This document shows positions 18,447 through 28,677 of a DNA stretch of 64,000 nt, one piece after another (position 1 is the stretch's first letter; the number at the start of each line of letters is the position of its first letter). Under the pieces are notes generated by a model. The model did no database searches and had not been told where the DNA came from. It saw only the letters and a list, made by a program, of their open reading frames with translations. Position numbers and translations under genes: made by a program. Source of the stretch: Myxococcales bacterium (GTDB taxonomy: Bacteria > Myxococcota_A > Polyangia > Polyangiales > DASUME01); assembly GCA_047601445.1 (NCBI GenBank), contig JASGJH010000001.1, forward strand, positions 8,480,001 to 8,544,000, written 5' to 3'.

Positions 18447-19457
18447 ATGAACCACAATGAATTGCCACCGCAGTCTGTTGTTCTCCAGATGCTCATGGGC
18501 TCTTGGGTTGCGCAAGCCCTCGGGGCTGTCGCGCGCCTCGGTGTGGCCGATCAACTCGCAAGCGGGCCGAAGAGCTCCGGTGATCTTGCCAAGGCCGTGG
18601 GCGCGCACGCAGAGAGCCTGAGGCGCACCATGAGGGCCCTGGCGAGTGTGGGCATCTTCTCGGTACCAAACCCAGACCATTGGTCGCTCACGCCCCTCGG
18701 GGACTGCCTGCGCACCGATGCAGTGGGATCCCTACGCTACATGCTGATCGCCGAAACCGACCACGCCCACTGGGCCACCTGGGGGCGCTTCACGGACGCA
18801 GTGCGCAGCGGACAACCGCAGGCCCAGACCGCGCTCGGGATGATGCCCTGGGACTACTACGCGGCCCACCCCGAGGATGGATCCGCCTTCAGCAGGGCGA
18901 TGGCGAACATCTCATCCATGGCAACGGGGCCACTGCTCGCGTCCTATGACTTCTCCAATGCTCCGCGCATCGCGGACATCGGAGGCGCGTACGGCGCCTT
19001 GCTCGCCGCCGTCCTGCGCAGCCAGCCCAAGGCGCGCGGCATCCTGTTCGATCGGCCGCACGTGGTAGCCGGCGCGGACGAGGTACTCGGAGACGTCAGC
19101 GCGCGCGTGGAACGCGTAGGTGGCGACTTCCTCTCGCAGAGCGTGCCCGCAGCAGACATCTATCTCCTCAAGCACATCCTGCACGACTGGGACGACGATA
19201 CCTCGGTCAAGATCCTCCAAAACCTCCGCGCCGGCATGCCGCCAGGCGCACGCGCCTTGATCATCGAGCTGATCCTCCCCGAACAGATCGAACCCGGACC
19301 AGGCGCGTGGATGGACCTCAACATGCTCGTGATGCTAGGCGGCAAAGAGCGCAGCGCGGCAGGGTACGAGACGTTGCTCGCGCGCGCTGGGTTGAAGACG
19401 AAGCGGGTGATCGCGACACCGAGCCCCTTTGGGATTGTGGAGGCGGTGGCGAAGTAA
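18447..19457 (+). CDS. SAM-dependent O-methyltransferase (Methyltransf_2 + dimerisation domain)
   Basis: IADIGGAYG; GGDF; LKHILHDWDD; GGKERS. Confidence 0.92.
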   Translation: MNHNELPPQSVVLQMLMGSWVAQALGAVARLGVADQLASGPKSSGDLAKAVGAHAESLRRTMRALASVGIFSVPNPDHWSLTPLGDCLRTDAVGSLRYMLIAETDHAHWATWGRFTDAVRSGQPQAQTALGMMPWDYYAAHPEDGSAFSRAMANISSMATGPLLASYDFSNAPRIADIGGAYGALLAAVLRSQPKARGILFDRPHVVAGADEVLGDVSARVERVGGDFLSQSVPAADIYLLKHILHDWDDDTSVKILQNLRAGMPPGARALIIELILPEQIEPGPGAWMDLNMLVMLGGKERSAAGYETLLARAGLKTKRVIATPSPFGIVEAVAK

Positions 19458-19668
19458 CGGCAGAATAGCTGGGCGACAAGTCGGGCGTAGCGCTGGCCCC
19501 ATACCGAGACCGGATACGCCAAGACCGTGGGGCATCGCGTCGCTCCGTACGAGTTGGCGGTCCGTTCCCGGGCCCGGGGCGCCGGCGGGAGGGCGAGGCC
19601 AGTGGTCATCACCCCGAGTCACCTTTGCGACCTAGAAACTGTGCGCATATGGTCAGGCCCGACCTAAT

Positions 19669-20775
19669 ATGCTCAAACCGCGACCCTTCGGGCGTGATGG
19701 CCTTTCTCAGGCACCGGAGAGCGCGTTCCGGCACGGTGGCCTTCCCCGCCCTCGAGCCCGCCGAGTTCGCCTCTTTGCAGCCATCGCCATGGCCTGCCTC
19801 ACTGCGATGCAAGGCTCGGTGGCACGCGCCGACGATAGGCCCGCTGGCCACAAGTCACAGACCGCGGCGGAACAAGCCCACTCCCAGAAAGTCCTACGTC
19901 AGGCAGTGGCCGAATTCGAGCTGGGCAACTGGACCGAGGCGCGGGCGCTGTTCGAGCAGGTACACGAGGTGTCGCCGAGCGCGCGCACGCTGCGAGCCAT
20001 CGGCCTGTGTTCGTTCGAAGAAAAGCACTACGTCGAGGCACTGAGATACCTCACCAGCGCCCTCGATGATCAGCGCAAGCCCCTGACCGACGATGAGCGG
20101 CACAAGCTCACCGAGGTCATCGCGCGTGCGCGCTCGTTCGTGGCTTCCTACGAGCTGGTCCTCTCGCCTGCACACGCAAAGGTGAGTGTCGACGAGCGCG
20201 CAGCAGTGATGCTCGACAGCAAGTTGCTGCTCGACCCAGGTGTGCACGAACTGGCGGTGAGCGCCGAGGGCTACCGCGACCACAGGCGACGTATCGAGGC
20301 CCAACCGCGTGATCACGGTAAGCTCCAGGTTTCGCTCGAATCGAACGTGGCCGTCGAATTGCCGATGGCGGTAGCAACTCCGCCAGCGCAGCGGCCAGCG
20401 ACCTCCGTCGCAGTGGCCCCCGGCCCAACGCCCTCGAGGCGCGATGACCAAGGTGGTCGCAGGACCCTGGCTTGGGCTGCTCTCGCCAGCTCGGGTGTGA
20501 TCGCCATCACCGGTGGCGTGCTCTTGGGCCTGGGTTTGAAGGACGCGGCGAGCGTGACCGACGCATCGAACGGGACGCGTTGGGAAGAGATCGAAGGCGC
20601 GCACGATCGGGCTGGGCCCCTGCAAACAGCGGGTATCGTCGCGCTCGGAGTGGGTGGCGTAGGGATCGTGCTCAGCTCTGTTTGGCTCGCGGTGGGTCGC
20701 AGGAAGAGCGTGGACTCCACGCGTGCGCAACTGGGGCTGGGGCCGAACGGTCTGGTGCTGCGAGGTCGACTGTGA
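19669..20775 (+). CDS. TPR + PEGA domain membrane protein
   Basis: TPR-like helices (ARALFEQ, YVEALRYL); LDPGVHELAVSAEGY; two C-terminal TM segments; start uncertain. Confidence 0.75.
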   Translation: MLKPRPFGRDGLSQAPESAFRHGGLPRPRARRVRLFAAIAMACLTAMQGSVARADDRPAGHKSQTAAEQAHSQKVLRQAVAEFELGNWTEARALFEQVHEVSPSARTLRAIGLCSFEEKHYVEALRYLTSALDDQRKPLTDDERHKLTEVIARARSFVASYELVLSPAHAKVSVDERAAVMLDSKLLLDPGVHELAVSAEGYRDHRRRIEAQPRDHGKLQVSLESNVAVELPMAVATPPAQRPATSVAVAPGPTPSRRDDQGGRRTLAWAALASSGVIAITGGVLLGLGLKDAASVTDASNGTRWEEIEGAHDRAGPLQTAGIVALGVGGVGIVLSSVWLAVGRRKSVDSTRAQLGLGPNGLVLRGRL

Positions 20776-20783
20776 GAGCGGCG

Positions 20784-22766
20784 ATGAACCGGGCGCCGCA
20801 AGGCAGGCTCGCACTGGTGCTCTCGCTCTGGCTGTCGGCCTGCGTAGCACCGAAAATCCCGGAGGGTGTGTTGAGCTGCCAAGGCAGCGACGAGTGCCCG
20901 GACGGCTGGGCTTGCCGCGATGACCACCGATGCTGGTCACGGGCGGGGGCCAGCGACGGTGCCGTGCTTCCCTCCGATCAGCCGAGCGGTGATGGCGATG
21001 CGGCTGCAGATGCAAACACTAGTTCCTTGGATGGAGATGCCTCAGGACCGGACTCGTCCGTTGACGCCGGTCAGGTTGTCATCGCGTGCGCTCGCGATGG
21101 AGATCCGTGCGACGACGGACAGTTCTGCACAGTCGATGACAAGTGCGTAGGCGGCGCGTGCCACGGGATGACTGCACGCCGCTGCGAAGACCAAGTCGAC
21201 TGCAACGGAGTCGAGACCTGTGACGAACTCGCGGACCGCTGCGCCGAAGGCCAGGTCACGTGCGTCGACCCGCTGCTTTGCGACACCAAGACCGACGGTT
21301 GCGTGTCTGGTTGTCCGGACTGCACCATCGACCGCACCTGTGTCGCTGCGAACGCGACGAAGCTGGGCAATCCTTGCCTTGTCTGCGACCCTGACCGCGA
21401 CCGCAACGGGTGGAGCCACAACGACGGCGTGAGCTGCGGCAACGCGGATGACACGCAGTGCACCCAGCCCGACTCGTGCCTCGGGGGGGGCTGCCGGTCC
21501 AATCACGTGGCGAATGGAACCAATTGCGGCACGGGTCCAGAGGAGTGCTCCGCGCAAGACACCTGTGACGGCAATGGCGTATGCGCCCCCAACCATCGCG
21601 CGACATCGGTGACCTGCGGCGTGGCCGCGACCGCCTGTCGCAATGCCAGTAACTGCGATGGCAGCGGTGCGTGCGGAGCGGTGAGCTTTCGCTCCAGCGA
21701 CGTGGCCTGTGATGCCGACGGCAATCCGCGCACCGTGGATCACTGCAGCGGCAGCGACGCCAGCTGCGTCATGGGCGCCGACTATTGCACCACCAATCGC
21801 TGCTGGGCCGTGCCTCCGACGGGACAGACGCACTGCTACAACGAAACCGTCGAGATCACGTGCCCAGGCAGCGCGGGCGGGTCAGCCTGCGCGACCACCA
21901 GCTTCTGCGGACAGGACGCGCAAGTGACCGATCCCGCGCGCACATTCACGTGCAAGGCATCGGGTGGCACGGACAAGAGCTGCGCGGGCGCGGCCGCCGC
22001 TACCGACATGGTCGTCGATTCGCGCTCTCAGCTGTGGTGGCAACGCGAGGGACCCAGCGATTATGCGGCCGCATGCGGCGGCGCAACCCAGTACTGCACG
22101 TTCAGCAAGGCCACGAGCTACTGCAACGACGTGACCTACGGCGGCTACAGTGATTGGCGGATGCCGGATCTCTTCGAGCTGCTCTCGATCACGCACTACA
22201 ATCTGCCCGCGCTGCCCGGTTCGGACTATCCAGGAGACCTTACGAAGACCCTGTGGAGCTCCACGATGTCGCCAGTGACAGGCACGGAGGCCTACGTCAT
22301 GACGCCGGCTTACCCGTCGCCGATCATGAGCACCCTCGACAACGACACGCCGATTCGATGCGTGCGTAGTGGACCGAGCGGACCTCGCAACGGCGCCAAC
22401 AGATTCACTCAACTGGGCACAATGCAACCCACGACCTACGACCGCGCAACAGGCCTCGAATGGACCCGACGCGGCGAGTACGGAACCTGGAGCCAGGCGC
22501 TTTCCCTATGCGAGGGACTCGACTACGCAGGACATACGGACTGGCATCTGCCGAATCATCAGCAGGCCTTCTCGCTGATGAACCTCGACGAAAACATCAA
22601 TCCCTCGACCGACTTTCCAGGCATCGAGATCATGCCCTACTGGTCCTCGACGACCCTGGTCAGTATCCCCACGAGGGCCTTCGTGGCGGACTTCGACCAT
22701 GGCCACTTCGCAGCCTACACGAAGACGTCAACGGTTGAGGGGATCCTCTGCGTACGGGGGAATTAG
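20784..22766 (+). CDS. Cys-rich lipoprotein with two C-terminal DUF1566 (Lcl-like) domains
   Basis: Lipobox LSAC; CDDG..CT.DD.C repeats; PPTGQTHCY; two D..(T/S).L.W...GY.DW(R/H)(M/L)P...WSST...CVR units. Confidence 0.8.
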   Translation: MNRAPQGRLALVLSLWLSACVAPKIPEGVLSCQGSDECPDGWACRDDHRCWSRAGASDGAVLPSDQPSGDGDAAADANTSSLDGDASGPDSSVDAGQVVIACARDGDPCDDGQFCTVDDKCVGGACHGMTARRCEDQVDCNGVETCDELADRCAEGQVTCVDPLLCDTKTDGCVSGCPDCTIDRTCVAANATKLGNPCLVCDPDRDRNGWSHNDGVSCGNADDTQCTQPDSCLGGGCRSNHVANGTNCGTGPEECSAQDTCDGNGVCAPNHRATSVTCGVAATACRNASNCDGSGACGAVSFRSSDVACDADGNPRTVDHCSGSDASCVMGADYCTTNRCWAVPPTGQTHCYNETVEITCPGSAGGSACATTSFCGQDAQVTDPARTFTCKASGGTDKSCAGAAAATDMVVDSRSQLWWQREGPSDYAAACGGATQYCTFSKATSYCNDVTYGGYSDWRMPDLFELLSITHYNLPALPGSDYPGDLTKTLWSSTMSPVTGTEAYVMTPAYPSPIMSTLDNDTPIRCVRSGPSGPRNGANRFTQLGTMQPTTYDRATGLEWTRRGEYGTWSQALSLCEGLDYAGHTDWHLPNHQQAFSLMNLDENINPSTDFPGIEIMPYWSSTTLVSIPTRAFVADFDHGHFAAYTKTSTVEGILCVRGN

Positions 22767-22815
22767 CGCGGCCGAGAGGCGCTCTCGGAGCATGGAGCTC
22801 AACCTCGAGCGTGCG

Positions 22816-23265
22816 TCAGAACCCAATCTCGTTGAGCCCGGCCTGCTTGCGCTCGAGGCGACTCGTGAAGTCCAGGGTGCGCACGTAAAGCTGCCGCCGC
22901 GCGCTGCTCAGCGCGACCTCGGGCATGCCGGTGACCCCGACCGGATAGGACACCGGTCGCATCCAGGAGAGCGCGGTGAGCGTGGTCCGGATGCGGCGCG
23001 AGCTGCTGATCACGAAGTGCCCGAGGCAGCGCTGGGCCAGCGCAGGGTTGCGGATGACCTGATCGAACACGGCGTCCCGCGCCTCTTCACTGAGCTCTTC
23101 CGCTGCGGTCCAATCGTGCACGACCGTGAAATCGTCGCGCCGTTCGAGCAGCTCCCGGGTGTACCGAGCGAGGTCGGACTCCAGCGTATCCAACGAGTCT
23201 GCTTCACCCTCCAGCCGACACAGGACCAAGGGGTAGTGTGCGAGTTCGATGTGCAGAGTCGCCAT
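22816..23265 (-). CDS. Hypothetical protein (STAS/SEC14-like alpha/beta)
   Basis: 149-aa ORF with host-like codon usage; FTVVHDW motif. Confidence 0.5.
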   Translation of the reverse strand: MATLHIELAHYPLVLCRLEGEADSLDTLESDLARYTRELLERRDDFTVVHDWTAAEELSEEARDAVFDQVIRNPALAQRCLGHFVISSSRRIRTTLTALSWMRPVSYPVGVTGMPEVALSSARRQLYVRTLDFTSRLERKQAGLNEIGF

Positions 23266-23869
23266 GGCTGGCGCCAGTGTCGTGCGCTCTGCGTGGGATG
23301 GAATGGGAAGAATTGCCCAATTAGTGGTGGAAATGAACCCTCCATGGGACTAATAGTCGGCTCGCCGCTCAGGCCGCCAGGCTTGGAGTTTGGTGTCCAA
23401 CATTTTCATGACAAGCGTTTGGTCGAGCACGATCCTGCGCAACAAAGAATCAGGCATGTCTCCTGCACACTGTCCTCCATTTCGGCATGTGCAGAACGCG
23501 AACCGCGGATTGATTCGTCGCTTTGGCGAGTCCCAGCGGCCAACCTCGCTTACCCCCATCAGGAATCATGGATTCTCCCTTGAAGTTTCCTAGCCCCGCC
23601 GCTCCCCCTGTGAACTTGCCCGGCGACTCCTCCAAACCTTGTCCTCAATCCATCAGGACTCGAGCGGCTGTCATCCAAGTCGTCGGTGCGCCTGGTTTCG
23701 ACATTGTCGGGAGGGCCACCTCACCGGAGGCCCAGGCGCGGGCGCAGTCGGGCGGGGACTTGTAAGGCCGGCGCGAAGAGCTTCCCGCCGTCAGGTGCGA
23801 TGGGCACGCGCGCGCCACTGCTTATATCGACGATCGATGTTGTTTCTGTCGATCCGGTATGATCGGAGC

Positions 23870-25126
23870 ATGGTTCGCATCTCGGACATCGAGGCTGCAC
23901 GAAGCCGGATTCGCGACGTCATCTACCTCTCGCCGTGCGCACATAGCCGCGTGCTCAGCAGGCGCCTCGACTGTGAGCTGTATCTCAAGCTCGAGAACCT
24001 GCAGATGACCGGCTCCTTCAAGGAGCGTGGCGCCTGCAACAAACTCATGCAGCTCTCTGCCGAGCAGCGTGAGGCGGGTGTCGTCTGTGCGAGCGCCGGC
24101 AACCATGCCCAGGGAGTCGCCTTTCACGCGCGCCGTCTCGGCATTCCGGCGACCATCGTGATGCCGCTCGCCACGCCGCTCGTGAAGAGCAGTTCGACAC
24201 GCGAGCTCGGTGCGGACGTCGTGCTGTTCGGAGCGAACTACGATGAAGCCTCCGGCGAAGCCCGGAGGTTGCACGCGGAGCGCGGCGGCACCTTCGTGCA
24301 TGGCTTCGACGACCCCGACGTGATCGCGGGGCAAGGCACCATCGGGCTCGAGCTGCTGGAGCAGGCGCCCAGGCTCCATGCCGTGCTGGTACCGGTCGGC
24401 GGCGGAGGCCTGATCTCGGGGATCGCGGTGGCGCTCAAGGAGCGCGCTCCCCATGTTCGCTTGTACGGCATCCAGAGTGCCGCCGTGCCCTCGATGTCCG
24501 CTGCGCTATCGGCGGGCACGTGCGTGGAGGTCGAGTCGAGCCGCACGTTTGCCGACGGCATCGCCGTGAAGCGCGTGGGCGGGCAGTGTCTCGAGATCTG
24601 TCAGCAGTACGTGGATGACGTGATCACGGTGGACGAAGAGACCATCGCCGAAGCCGTCCTCTTGCTACTCGAGCGCGAGAAGGTCGTGGCCGAAGGAGCC
24701 GGCGCTGCGGCCTTGGCGGGGCTCATCTCGGGCAAGCTACCCGACATGCGAGGACAGAACGTCGGCGTGATCGTCAGTGGCGGCAACATCGACGTCAACC
24801 TGATGACCCGCATCATCGACCGCGGCCTCTGGCGCAGCGGCCGCCGCGTGTGCCTCCGCTGCACCATCAACGACGTACCGGGAGCGCTCTCGGCCCTGCT
24901 CGGCATCATCGCGAGCAAACAGGGCAACGTGCTCGAGATCGAGCACGAACGCATCGGTGATGGCCTGGAGCTTGGACAGACCGAAGTCGAGATCCTGCTC
25001 GAGTCGCGCGGCTTCGAGCACATCGAGGAGATCGAGTCCGCACTCTCCCAGCTGGGCATCGCCAATGAGCGTGCCCACCATGCTGCGGTCGCGGGGGCGC
25101 GGCGGGCGTCGAGTGTGGTGCGGTAG
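23870..25126 (+). CDS. ilvA: Threonine ammonia-lyase (PLP) with C-terminal ACT domain
   Basis: KLENLQMTGSFKERGA; SAGNHAQG; PVGGGGL; SGGNID; ACT-like DVPGAL. Confidence 0.92.
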   Translation: MVRISDIEAARSRIRDVIYLSPCAHSRVLSRRLDCELYLKLENLQMTGSFKERGACNKLMQLSAEQREAGVVCASAGNHAQGVAFHARRLGIPATIVMPLATPLVKSSSTRELGADVVLFGANYDEASGEARRLHAERGGTFVHGFDDPDVIAGQGTIGLELLEQAPRLHAVLVPVGGGGLISGIAVALKERAPHVRLYGIQSAAVPSMSAALSAGTCVEVESSRTFADGIAVKRVGGQCLEICQQYVDDVITVDEETIAEAVLLLLEREKVVAEGAGAAALAGLISGKLPDMRGQNVGVIVSGGNIDVNLMTRIIDRGLWRSGRRVCLRCTINDVPGALSALLGIIASKQGNVLEIEHERIGDGLELGQTEVEILLESRGFEHIEEIESALSQLGIANERAHHAAVAGARRASSVVR

Positions 25127-25138
25127 GGACCTGATCCG

Positions 25139-26590
25139 CTACGGGCCGAGGTTGCGGAACGTGGCGGCGTCGGTCGAAAGGTCGCCGTACCAGTCGCACG
25201 GTTTGGTGAAGAGGTTAGCGCAGAAGGCGTTGTAAAAGCGGTCTACGGTCGTAAAGACGTGCTCTGCCGAGAAGTTCCAGGGCGGGTCCGAGGCGTCGGT
25301 CACCGCGGTGTTGATGAAGAAGGTTGCCGTCTTGGGGCCGCCAGTCTGACCGGAGGCGGCAGTCATGTCGGACCGAATATTCAGCATGGCGTTGTAGTAG
25401 CTCGTTTGGTCGATCCAACAGTTGTTGATGTCCGAAAACGCGCTTGATGCAGACTGGTTCTGCGCGCAATTCGCGTTCATTAGGCCCAAATGCCAGCGGA
25501 TGACGTAGTCGCTCATCGAGCTGATGAACGCGTAGCGAATCGACTTCTGGTTGTTCATTAGATAGTTGCGGTAAACCGGAAACCAGTTCTGAGCGTTCGT
25601 GCCTGCGCATGCCGAACCACAGCTCAAGACGGTCGCGTCGTAGTTGAACTTGGTGCGGATGGTTTGCTGCACGACCCCGCCACCGTAGTTGCTGCTGATT
25701 AGAGGGCCCGAGTCGTCGACGACGGTGAGCGTGACGTTCGAGGGCAGCATGGCTTTGAAGCGCTTCGCGTTGAACATCACGCCGTAGCCGCCCGCGCTGG
25801 CGCCATGCAGGATGATGCGCCGGTTCTGTCCCGCCGGTGGGGTTGGCAGAGTCGGCAAGATGCTGTTCACGATGTACGTGAAGAAGGTGGTGGCATTCTT
25901 GTAGCCGACGAAATGCAACGGCTTGGTGTGAGCCGCGTCGTTGGCCGTATCCCAAATCGTGTTGCCGCTGGCGTCCTTGGGCTCCAACCCTACGACTTCA
26001 TTCTGACCAGCGTGGAAGTCACCGGTGCAGTAAGGAATGAACACTTGGCTCCAGCCGGCGACCGGATTGTCCATCGTCCGGGCGTTGTCGAAGATGCCCA
26101 GATGGGATTCGTACTGCGCCGGGTCAGCGCTCGTGAACTTAGCCAGAGAGAAGTTTTGATTGGCCAGTTTTTCGCACGACGGCCGGTTGAAGCAAACACC
26201 ACCACCGTCCATGTAGACGACGAGGTTCGGTGAGCTGGTCGAGGGACGAAATCCCAGGCCGAGATTGTTTGTAGGGTCGGTCGAATCGTAGCCCGTCCCG
26301 TCCAAGCACTTCACTTGGTTCCCGAACCCCGTGATGTAGTTCCACTGATTGCCTGCCTCGTGACAGGTGTACGAAGAACCGCCCGGACAGGGGCTCAGCA
26401 CCGCCTGCTGTTCTCCGTTGACGCTGTCTTCAATCAGCCCCTCATCCTCGGGGCTTCCACAGCCTGCGAGCAACAAGACCAAGGACATCATCCCGGTGCG
26501 AGAAGCGAACAGTAAGGGTGAAAAGGTCTCTCGTAGGCTCTTCAAGGAACTCCTCCAGTCGTCTTTTTGACGCGCAGATCTCAACGTCAC
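25139..26590 (-). CDS. Pectinacetylesterase-family hydrolase, probable lipoprotein
   Basis: YMDGGGVC; FIPYCTGDFHAG; GASAGGYG nucleophile elbow; DDSGP; lipobox LAGC (true start may be ~26491). Confidence 0.8.
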   Translation of the reverse strand: MTLRSARQKDDWRSSLKSLRETFSPLLFASRTGMMSLVLLLAGCGSPEDEGLIEDSVNGEQQAVLSPCPGGSSYTCHEAGNQWNYITGFGNQVKCLDGTGYDSTDPTNNLGLGFRPSTSSPNLVVYMDGGGVCFNRPSCEKLANQNFSLAKFTSADPAQYESHLGIFDNARTMDNPVAGWSQVFIPYCTGDFHAGQNEVVGLEPKDASGNTIWDTANDAAHTKPLHFVGYKNATTFFTYIVNSILPTLPTPPAGQNRRIILHGASAGGYGVMFNAKRFKAMLPSNVTLTVVDDSGPLISSNYGGGVVQQTIRTKFNYDATVLSCGSACAGTNAQNWFPVYRNYLMNNQKSIRYAFISSMSDYVIRWHLGLMNANCAQNQSASSAFSDINNCWIDQTSYYNAMLNIRSDMTAASGQTGGPKTATFFINTAVTDASDPPWNFSAEHVFTTVDRFYNAFCANLFTKPCDWYGDLSTDAATFRNLGP

Positions 26591-26616
26591 GTGCTCTGCT
26601 TCATCGAGGATTCGAT

Positions 26617-26633
26617 AGCAAAGCCATGACCAG
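26617..26633 (-). promoter_or_regulatory. Candidate sigma54 promoter
   Basis: Minus strand CTGGTCATGGCTTTGCT (GG-N10-GC) upstream of the esterase gene. Confidence 0.4.
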
Positions 26634-26776
26634 TGCGGATTCGGAGCGAACTTTCTCTCGAAAACGTCGGCTTGTCAGCGAAGAACGCTTTTCGTTCGGC
26701 AGACTTGCAAGGTCCAAGCTATGACGCGCTTCGAGGACACGGCACAAGTCATTCACGCAGCGACCCAGGAGGGCCC

Positions 26777-27109
26777 ATGATCGTCGAGTACGTCCGCTAT
26801 CGCGTGCAGCCGGGGGAGGGCGAGCGCCTCATTCAGGCCTACGAGAGAGCTGCCGAGAGCCTGCGTCGCTCTGCCCATTGCCTCGGGTTCGAGCTCTCGC
26901 GCTGCGTGGAAGAGCCCGAGCAGTTCGTCCTGCGCATCACCTGGGATTCCGCCGAGGGACATATGACGGGCTTTCGCAAAGGGCCCGAGTTCGCGGCGTT
27001 CTTCGCGGCCGTCCAACCCTTCGTGAAGGCGATCGAAGAAATGCGGCACTACGCGCTGACCGAGGTTCGCTTCGAACGGAGCGGGCGCGTGGCGGAGCCT
27101 GGAGCCTAG
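26777..27109 (+). CDS. Antibiotic biosynthesis monooxygenase (ABM) family protein
   Basis: MIVEYVRY...LRITWDSAEGHMTGFRKGPEF...EEMRHY; AGGAGG RBS. Confidence 0.85.
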   Translation: MIVEYVRYRVQPGEGERLIQAYERAAESLRRSAHCLGFELSRCVEEPEQFVLRITWDSAEGHMTGFRKGPEFAAFFAAVQPFVKAIEEMRHYALTEVRFERSGRVAEPGA

Positions 27110-27183
27110 CCGATCGAGATGCGACGCGACCGAGCTGGCTGGGAGCCGCCCCGCGGGGCAGCGCTTTGCGCTACGCTCGCCCA

Positions 27184-27513
27184 ATGAGCGATGACGAGGA
27201 GCTGGCCATCCATGAGGCCGTCGATGCTGCCCTGAACGAACTCGCGGAGCGGCTCGGAGGCAGTTCGGACACGGGTGGACCGGTCGAGAATGCCACGCAG
27301 ATCAAGGGACGTGGAGACCTCGGGGTCCTGCTCACGGACGCGCAGGACCGCGTGCTCGGACGGGTGTGGATCTCGTTTGGTGCCGGGGTCCAGGTACCGA
27401 ATCAGGACCTCGCCTCCGGCGGCAACGTGCATGTACAGGCCGAGGTGTGCTCCGAGATCATCGAGCCGCCGCTCACGGTGGACGCGTGGCTGAACACGCT
27501 GTCCAAGCACTAG
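27184..27513 (+). CDS. Hypothetical protein
   Basis: 109-aa acidic ORF with host-like codon usage. Confidence 0.5.
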   Translation: MSDDEELAIHEAVDAALNELAERLGGSSDTGGPVENATQIKGRGDLGVLLTDAQDRVLGRVWISFGAGVQVPNQDLASGGNVHVQAEVCSEIIEPPLTVDAWLNTLSKH

Positions 27514-27566
27514 GTCCGGTCCGACGCGGCGAGGCCACAGGTCGTTTAAGCGCCGCGGGCTGAACA

Positions 27567-28589
27567 ATGTTGCCAAGGAGAAGCGGCCTCGCGGCATCAA
27601 CCCGCGTGCAGCTCCATTCTACCTTCCTCCGTTTCGTTGCCCTGCTCACTCTCTGTGCCTGCTCCGGGGCTGGTCCGCACCCCACGGTCGTTGGAGACGG
27701 CGACGCTGGCGCGTCCAACTCGTCGTCGCGGGATGGAGGCAGCGGGGCGGACTCGCAGGGAGATCATGGAGACGGTGATGAAGGCGAAGCCTCGTCTTCG
27801 CTGAAGGCTCACATCGAGCGCGACCGCGTCACCGTGACGGTGGTGACGCTCGCCTGCGATGGTGCCTGCGCGGACGTCGTTGCGGTCGCCGAGGGCGGCT
27901 CTCCGCCCTACGCCTTCGCCTGGGAAGACGGGAGCAGGAATCCAGCGCGCCACGTGTGCCCGTCCGCCAATACACACTACGAAGTCACGGTAACCGATAG
28001 TTCCGCGGAGGCCCTCGAGTTTGCCGGGTCTACACAGACCGCCGTCGCCCAGGTAAGGGCGGAGCTGCTGAACTGCGCTGGCGATGGAGGAGCGCCCCAC
28101 GGCAACCCCGGAGACATCTGCCTGGACAACGGTACGTTCGCAGGAACCCCTCAAATCAACGTCTTCGGCACCCAATTCGACGCCAAATCCTGGTCCGCCT
28201 GCGCGTCGACGCCGGACATCTACGACAGCTCGATGCTCACGACGCCCCCTACCGACGGCCCCACAGCACTCCACCTGTCGAACGGCCCGAGCGAAGCCGT
28301 CTCACAGCAACTCTGCGCTCCGCTACGCGAGGGCAAGACCTACAGCATGGAGATCGACCTCCTTGCGTTTCAGGGGGCGCCGGAGCTGGCCGTGTACGGC
28401 GGTACGGCGTCCTGCGGAAAGACTCAGCCCCTCTGGCACTCCGCGCCGACCACGACGAGCTGGAAGACGTCCTGCTTCGAGTTCACCCCGAGCCAGGAGC
28501 TGTCCCATCTGGTGCTCGACGTGGTCACGAACAGCGAGTACGGCCGCATCGTTGTGGACAATTTGGTGCCTGTGGAGGCGTGTCCGTAG
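27567..28589 (+). CDS. Putative lipoprotein with SprB-like segment and carbohydrate-binding-like C-terminal domain
   Basis: LCAC lipobox; AEGGSPPYAFAW...YEVTVTD; SQQLCAPLREGKTY. Confidence 0.6.
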   Translation: MLPRRSGLAASTRVQLHSTFLRFVALLTLCACSGAGPHPTVVGDGDAGASNSSSRDGGSGADSQGDHGDGDEGEASSSLKAHIERDRVTVTVVTLACDGACADVVAVAEGGSPPYAFAWEDGSRNPARHVCPSANTHYEVTVTDSSAEALEFAGSTQTAVAQVRAELLNCAGDGGAPHGNPGDICLDNGTFAGTPQINVFGTQFDAKSWSACASTPDIYDSSMLTTPPTDGPTALHLSNGPSEAVSQQLCAPLREGKTYSMEIDLLAFQGAPELAVYGGTASCGKTQPLWHSAPTTTSWKTSCFEFTPSQELSHLVLDVVTNSEYGRIVVDNLVPVEACP

Positions 28590-28677
28590 CGGAGCGCGCT
28601 GACGTTGTGCTCGGGCCTTCGGCCTAGGTCTCTCGTCCGGATTCCCAGAGATCCAGATGGCCCACTAAGCTGTCCGT

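Noticed and set aside
20784..22766. DUF1566 protein as a DGR target
   Set aside because: No template repeat or reverse transcriptase nearby
23280..23860. Long lower-GC intergenic region as an ncRNA or riboswitch upstream of ilvA
   Set aside because: No recognisable RNA motif or leader peptide; an Rfam/Infernal scan would be needed
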